A stretch of 64,000 nt of DNA from a bacterium (GTDB lineage Bacteria > SAR324 > XYD2-FULL-50-16 > G965216635): contig OZ244188.1 in assembly GCA_965216635.1 (NCBI GenBank), positions 640,001 to 704,000 of the forward strand. The letters are read 5' to 3'. The notes beneath the pieces were generated by a model. The model was not told the origin of the DNA, ran no database searches, and was given only the letters and a program-made list of their open reading frames with translations. Positions within the stretch are counted from its first letter, which is position 1, and each line of letters opens with the position of its first letter. The translations under genes were made by a program, and so were the position numbers. Of this stretch, positions 60,401-64,000 are shown one piece after another.

Positions 60401-61738
60401 ACAGACGAAGATTACAAAAATGAGGTTCGTATTTTAAAAACTAATTTTTTAAAACGAAACGCTAGTTTTTTTAAAAATCAAATTTTAAAATATGATTTAG
60501 TAAATGTGAAAAACCACGAAGTTCTTTTGAAAAAAGGGGATACTCCCACACTTGAAGAGCTACTAAAGCTCCCTATTAATAGTTTAGCAGAAATCCATTT
60601 TGCAGATTCTACCAAAAACACACAATTCAAAAAACTTTTTAAAGAAGTAAAAGATCAATTGTTTTTGATTGAAACCATTTATAGAGAACTTATTGAAAAA
60701 AAGAGAAAACTGGAAGATTTACCTCAAGGAGTTAACCGAATTATAAAAGTCTATATTGCAATGAAACGCAAACTGGCAGTGGGCGATAAAATGTCTGGTA
60801 GACACGGCAATAAGGGTGTTATTTCTAAAATTTTACCTGTAGAGGATATGCCTTATACAGAAGAAGGAGAACCAATAGATATAGTGCTCAATCCTTTAAG
60901 TGTTCCCTCACGAATGAATATAGGGCAGATTTTAGAGACTCACTTGGGTTTTATTTCTAAAAAATTAGGGAATCAAGTTGATAAAATGTTAAAAGAAATG
61001 TCTCCCTATAAAAAAATTAAAGATTTTGTGAAAAAGATTTATCAATCTGATTTTATCAACAACTATTTAGAAAAAATAAACGATGCAGATTTATTAGAAT
61101 TTTTCACAAAATTAAGCAAAGGGGTGCATTTTGCTACCCCTGTTTTTGATGGAGCAAAAGAGGAAGAAATTCGCAGACTGATGGATCTTTGTGGTATTGA
61201 TTACTCAGGTAAGGTGACACTTTACGATGGCAGAACGGGTAATAAGCTCAAACAAAAGGTGACCATTGGTTATAAATATATTTGCAAACTTTATCACTTG
61301 GTTGATGATAAACTTCACGCTAGGTCTACTGGTCCTTATTCTTTGGTTACCCAACAACCCTTGGGAGGTAAAGCTCAGTTTGGTGGACAAAGATTTGGAG
61401 AGATGGAGGTTTGGGCATTGGAAGCCTACGGGGCGTCTTTTATTTTACGAGAACTTTTAACGGTGAAATCTGATGACACCTACGGCAGAAACAAAGCCTA
61501 CGAGGCTATAGTAAAAGGAAATTTATACTACAAGACTGGCATTCCAGAATCTTTTAGAGTTTTAATTAACGAAATCCGTTCTTTGTGTATAGATTTAGAA
61601 TTAATAGAGGATGATAGTATTATTGGTAATACGGATGATGGTTTTGCTGATCAAGGCAATAATGCTATAAGCGATAATATCAACGATGATAATAGTAATG
61701 CTGTTATTGAAAAAAAAGAAAAAGAAGTAATAGCGTAA
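57488..61738 (+). CDS. rpoB: RNA polymerase subunit beta
   Basis: SQFMDQTNPLSEITHKRR, GDKMSGRHGNKG, GGQRFGEMEVWALEAYG. Confidence 0.99.
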   Translation: MITEITNTYRTRVDFGKIKSILAPPPLVDVQKQAYESFIQRSVAPKNRKKRGLEAIFHNVFPIEDFDKKFRIEYISYKLGEPKYDQEDCRGRGTTYAVPIYAKLKLVIFESNSLQSEDNKQKKIKDIKEQEIFFGDFPLMTPTGCFIVNGTERVVVNQLHKSPGVFFLEAAKKPGDAGIHRNLFVASIIPQRGSWVDFEFDSKDTLLVRVDRKKKFSASVFLKALGYTTEQLLEKFYTVETFTINTDDKNQISFYKQFNADAYENKKLEGDLIQAQPRKILKKKGEKLGAKTIQNYKENSSGKYIVVSKEEILGRVSACDLHDKEENLILRASHPLTENQLEKLLEEKINKIKLLKTTGDDIDASLCNTFALDDIETQDEAVVEVYKKLESGIPSLEKSRIFVEKFLFSKEVYDLSAVGRMQFNQKFGLKDPLSKTVLDHDDIFRTVKKLFSFKKGRLMGDDIDDLNNRRIRNAGELLSQCFNKGMFRVEKNIKEKLILLEDDNVTLHDLVNSKLVIATVHDFFATSQLSQFMDQTNPLSEITHKRRLSALGPGGLSRERAGFEVRDVHPSHYGKICPIETPEGPSIGLMSSLTSYARLNEFGFIETPYRKIVNHQLTNEISYMSAIEDKNYYIAQSNALLDKKEKFIKEIIVLRKNSEFKSLPREWAQYIDLSPRQLVSIAASLIPFLEHDDANRALMGSNMQRQSVPLAIAEAPFVGTGMEHMVAKDSGVCVVAEKDGIVDSVDSQKIVVESNAEENNPFGVKIYKLKKYHRSNQSTCINQVSLVKQGEKIKKGQIIADGPCCESGELALGKNVFVAFMPWNGYNYEDSIVVSEKLLHRDTFTSIHIEKFDAFARDTKIGRENITRDVPNTSEHSLRHLDESGIVRIGSYVKSGDTLVGKSTPKIESQLNPEEKLLRAVFGDKAGDIRDTSLRVPQGVSGIVIDVKSFIRRGTEKDVRTLEIEELLVKNTDEDYKNEVRILKTNFLKRNASFFKNQILKYDLVNVKNHEVLLKKGDTPTLEELLKLPINSLAEIHFADSTKNTQFKKLFKEVKDQLFLIETIYRELIEKKRKLEDLPQGVNRIIKVYIAMKRKLAVGDKMSGRHGNKGVISKILPVEDMPYTEEGEPIDIVLNPLSVPSRMNIGQILETHLGFISKKLGNQVDKMLKEMSPYKKIKDFVKKIYQSDFINNYLEKINDADLLEFFTKLSKGVHFATPVFDGAKEEEIRRLMDLCGIDYSGKVTLYDGRTGNKLKQKVTIGYKYICKLYHLVDDKLHARSTGPYSLVTQQPLGGKAQFGGQRFGEMEVWALEAYGASFILRELLTVKSDDTYGRNKAYEAIVKGNLYYKTGIPESFRVLINEIRSLCIDLELIEDDSIIGNTDDGFADQGNNAISDNINDDNSNAVIEKKEKEVIA

Positions 61739-61787
61739 TTTTAGTTTGAGGTTCTAGTTTATTTTAATTTTTATCTAAAAGGTCAAT

Positions 61788-64000
61788 TTGAGAAAACTAT
61801 TGGGTAGTCCCGAAAATCCACAAAATTATAAAGCTGTAAAAATTAATTTAGTATCAAATGAAACGATACTAGAGTGGTCACATGGAGAAGTGAAAAATTC
61901 AGAAACCATTAATTACCGTACCAATAAACCAGAAAGAGATGGTTTGTTTTGCGGAAAGATTTTTGGTCCTATTACAGATTATGAGTGTATTTGTGGAAAA
62001 TACAAAAGAATGAAACATCGCGGCATTACTTGTGAAAAATGTGGTGTAGAAGTTATTGAATCTAAAGTCCGTAGAGAAAGGCTAGGACACATCAAACTGT
62101 GCGTACCTATTGTCCATAATTGGTTTTTAAAAGGTAGTCCGAGCTATCTAGCGGTGGTGTTAAACATGAGTGTGAAAAATTTAGAATCTATTGTTTATTT
62201 TGATTCTTATGTTGTTTTGGATGAAGGCAAGACGGATTTGAAAGTAGGTGATGTGATCAGTGAAGAAGTTTACCAAAAATACATTGATGAGGACGAAGAT
62301 TTTATAGCAGATATTGGAGCGAAGGCTATCCACGAATTGCTACAGCAAATAGAACTTGATGAATTGCGTTTTCAATTAAGGACGGAGTTAAAAACTAGCG
62401 GCTCTGAGCTAAAAAGAAAAAAAATCAGTAAAAGGCTAGAAATTATAGAGTCTTTTAAACATTCAGGCACAGAACTCACCAATATGATTTTTGATGTTGT
62501 GCCAGTCTTATGTCCCGACCTCCGTCCTTTAGTTCCTTTAGAAGGGGGAAGATTTGCAACAAGCGATCTTAACGATCTTTATCGCAGAGTTATTCATAGA
62601 AATAACAGACTTAAAAGATTACTAGATTTGAGTGCTCCTGATATCATTGTTAAGAACGAAAAAAGAATGCTTCAAGAATCGGTAGATTCTCTTTTTGATA
62701 ATGGTCGTCGCAGTCGTCCTGTGATGGGAAATAACGGCAGAGCCTTAAAGTCGTTAAGTGATTCTTTAAGAGGTAAGTATGGTCGTTTCCGCCAAAATCT
62801 TTTGGGTAAAAGAGTAGATTATTCTGGTAGAACTGTCATTGTTGTGGGACCTGATTTAAAACTAAATCAATGTGGTATTCCTAAAATAATGGCGCTAGAG
62901 TTATTTAAACCTTTTATTTTGCATCACCTTATAGAAAAAGAATATGCACCCAATATTAAGATTGGTAGAAAAATGATAGAAATGCAAGACCCGTTAGTTT
63001 GGAAATCTTTGTATGAAGTAACTAGAGACTACCCTGTATTACTCAATAGAGCCCCTACTTTGCACCGATTAGGTATTCAGGCTTTTGAAATTAAATTGAT
63101 AGAATCCAAGGCTATTCAACTGCATCCTTTAGTTTGCACAGCTTTCAACGCGGATTTTGATGGAGACCAAATGGCAGTGCATGTGCCTTTAAGCATAGAA
63201 GCCCGGTTAGAGGCAAAAATTTTGATGATGGCTTATAACAATATTTTATCTCCAGCCACAGGCAAACCTATTATGATGCCAACGCAAGATATGATTTTAG
63301 GAATCTACTGGCTTACAAAATCTTTTCCTGATAGGAAAGGGACGGGTAAAATATTTTCTAATCCAAAACAACTAATATCCGCTTACGAACACGAGTTTGT
63401 GGATTTACAGGCAGTCGTTAAAGTTCGCATAGATAATCATATTTATGACACAACTGCTGGAAGGATTTTAATTTATGAAATTTTACCCAAAACCATTGAT
63501 TTTGATATTATCAATAAAATTTTAAGAAAAAAAGAAGTAGAAAATTTAATTGATGTTTGTTACCGATTCGCAGGCAGTGTAGAGACTGTAAAAATACTAG
63601 ACTCCGTCAAACAACTTGGATTTGAATACGCCACAAAAGCAGGTTTTTCTATTTCTATAAATGATATGATTATTCCAAAAGAAAAAGATATTATTGTAAA
63701 AAGATCGGAAAAAGAAGTGATTAATATCCAGAACCAACACCAAGAAGGTTTGATTACAGATGGCGAAAGGTACAACAGGGTGATAAATTTATGGTCTGCA
63801 GCAACAGAAGAAATTGCAAACACAATGTTTGATAATCTTGCCAAAGATACAAAAAATAAAGACGGTCAAATGGAAATGAATCCTATTTTTGCAATGGCGG
63901 ATTCTGGTGCTAGAGGAAGCACGAATCAAAATAAACAGCTTTGTGGAATGAGGGGTTTGATGGCGAAACCTAGTGGAGCTATTATTGAAACTCCTATTAT
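61788..64000 (+). CDS. rpoC: RNA polymerase subunit beta' (3' end runs off the window)
   Basis: TTG start; [30 protein letters not shown] near 63141; absent from the ORF track because it has no stop codon in the window. Confidence 0.97.
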   Translation, partial: MRKLLGSPENPQNYKAVKINLVSNETILEWSHGEVKNSETINYRTNKPERDGLFCGKIFGPITDYECICGKYKRMKHRGITCEKCGVEVIESKVRRERLGHIKLCVPIVHNWFLKGSPSYLAVVLNMSVKNLESIVYFDSYVVLDEGKTDLKVGDVISEEVYQKYIDEDEDFIADIGAKAIHELLQQIELDELRFQLRTELKTSGSELKRKKISKRLEIIESFKHSGTELTNMIFDVVPVLCPDLRPLVPLEGGRFATSDLNDLYRRVIHRNNRLKRLLDLSAPDIIVKNEKRMLQESVDSLFDNGRRSRPVMGNNGRALKSLSDSLRGKYGRFRQNLLGKRVDYSGRTVIVVGPDLKLNQCGIPKIMALELFKPFILHHLIEKEYAPNIKIGRKMIEMQDPLVWKSLYEVTRDYPVLLNRAPTLHRLGIQAFEIKLIESKAIQLHPLVCTAFNADFDGDQMAVHVPLSIEARLEAKILMMAYNNILSPATGKPIMMPTQDMILGIYWLTKSFPDRKGTGKIFSNPKQLISAYEHEFVDLQAVVKVRIDNHIYDTTAGRILIYEILPKTIDFDIINKILRKKEVENLIDVCYRFAGSVETVKILDSVKQLGFEYATKAGFSISINDMIIPKEKDIIVKRSEKEVINIQNQHQEGLITDGERYNRVINLWSAATEEIANTMFDNLAKDTKNKDGQMEMNPIFAMADSGARGSTNQNKQLCGMRGLMAKPSGAIIETPI

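Noticed and set aside
60160..63844. Small ORFs overlapping rpoB/rpoC
   Set aside because: Antisense or out-of-frame shadows of conserved genes

Overview
AT-rich bacterial chromosomal segment; the rho-rpmE-prfA order and TMAO/DMSP genes suggest a marine, deltaproteobacteria-like lineage (inference only). It carries housekeeping genes (fhs, prfA, rpmE, rho, gpsA, mltG, FNR, ppiD, deoC, udp, pfkA, rpoB, 5' part of rpoC), a TMAO catabolic set (tdm-like, tmoXVW-like), a DddW/DddK-like cupin, a two-partner secretion pair, a two-component system, a Panacea TA-like pair and a frameshifted GNAT TA-like pair. The main unannotated structure is a family of more than 20 non-autonomous MITE-like elements. 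They have ends TAGAC/GAGAC-YTTTGAATT...AATTCAAARGTCTA/C, mostly 5-bp target duplications, and modular hairpin interiors. They nest, insert at stop codons and rewrite gene 3' ends (deoC). Two abutting cassettes bounded by these ends (37150-38798 and 38799-40311) each carry a paralogous variable outer-membrane protein gene; removing them restores a tight FNR-ppiD junction. Also notable: a 6x40-bp TTGACA promoter-like array upstream of the adhesin, and a 41-heptad coiled-coil/PD-(D/E)xK nuclease gene inside the TMAO transporter operon. No transposase, tRNA, rRNA or CRISPR array was seen.
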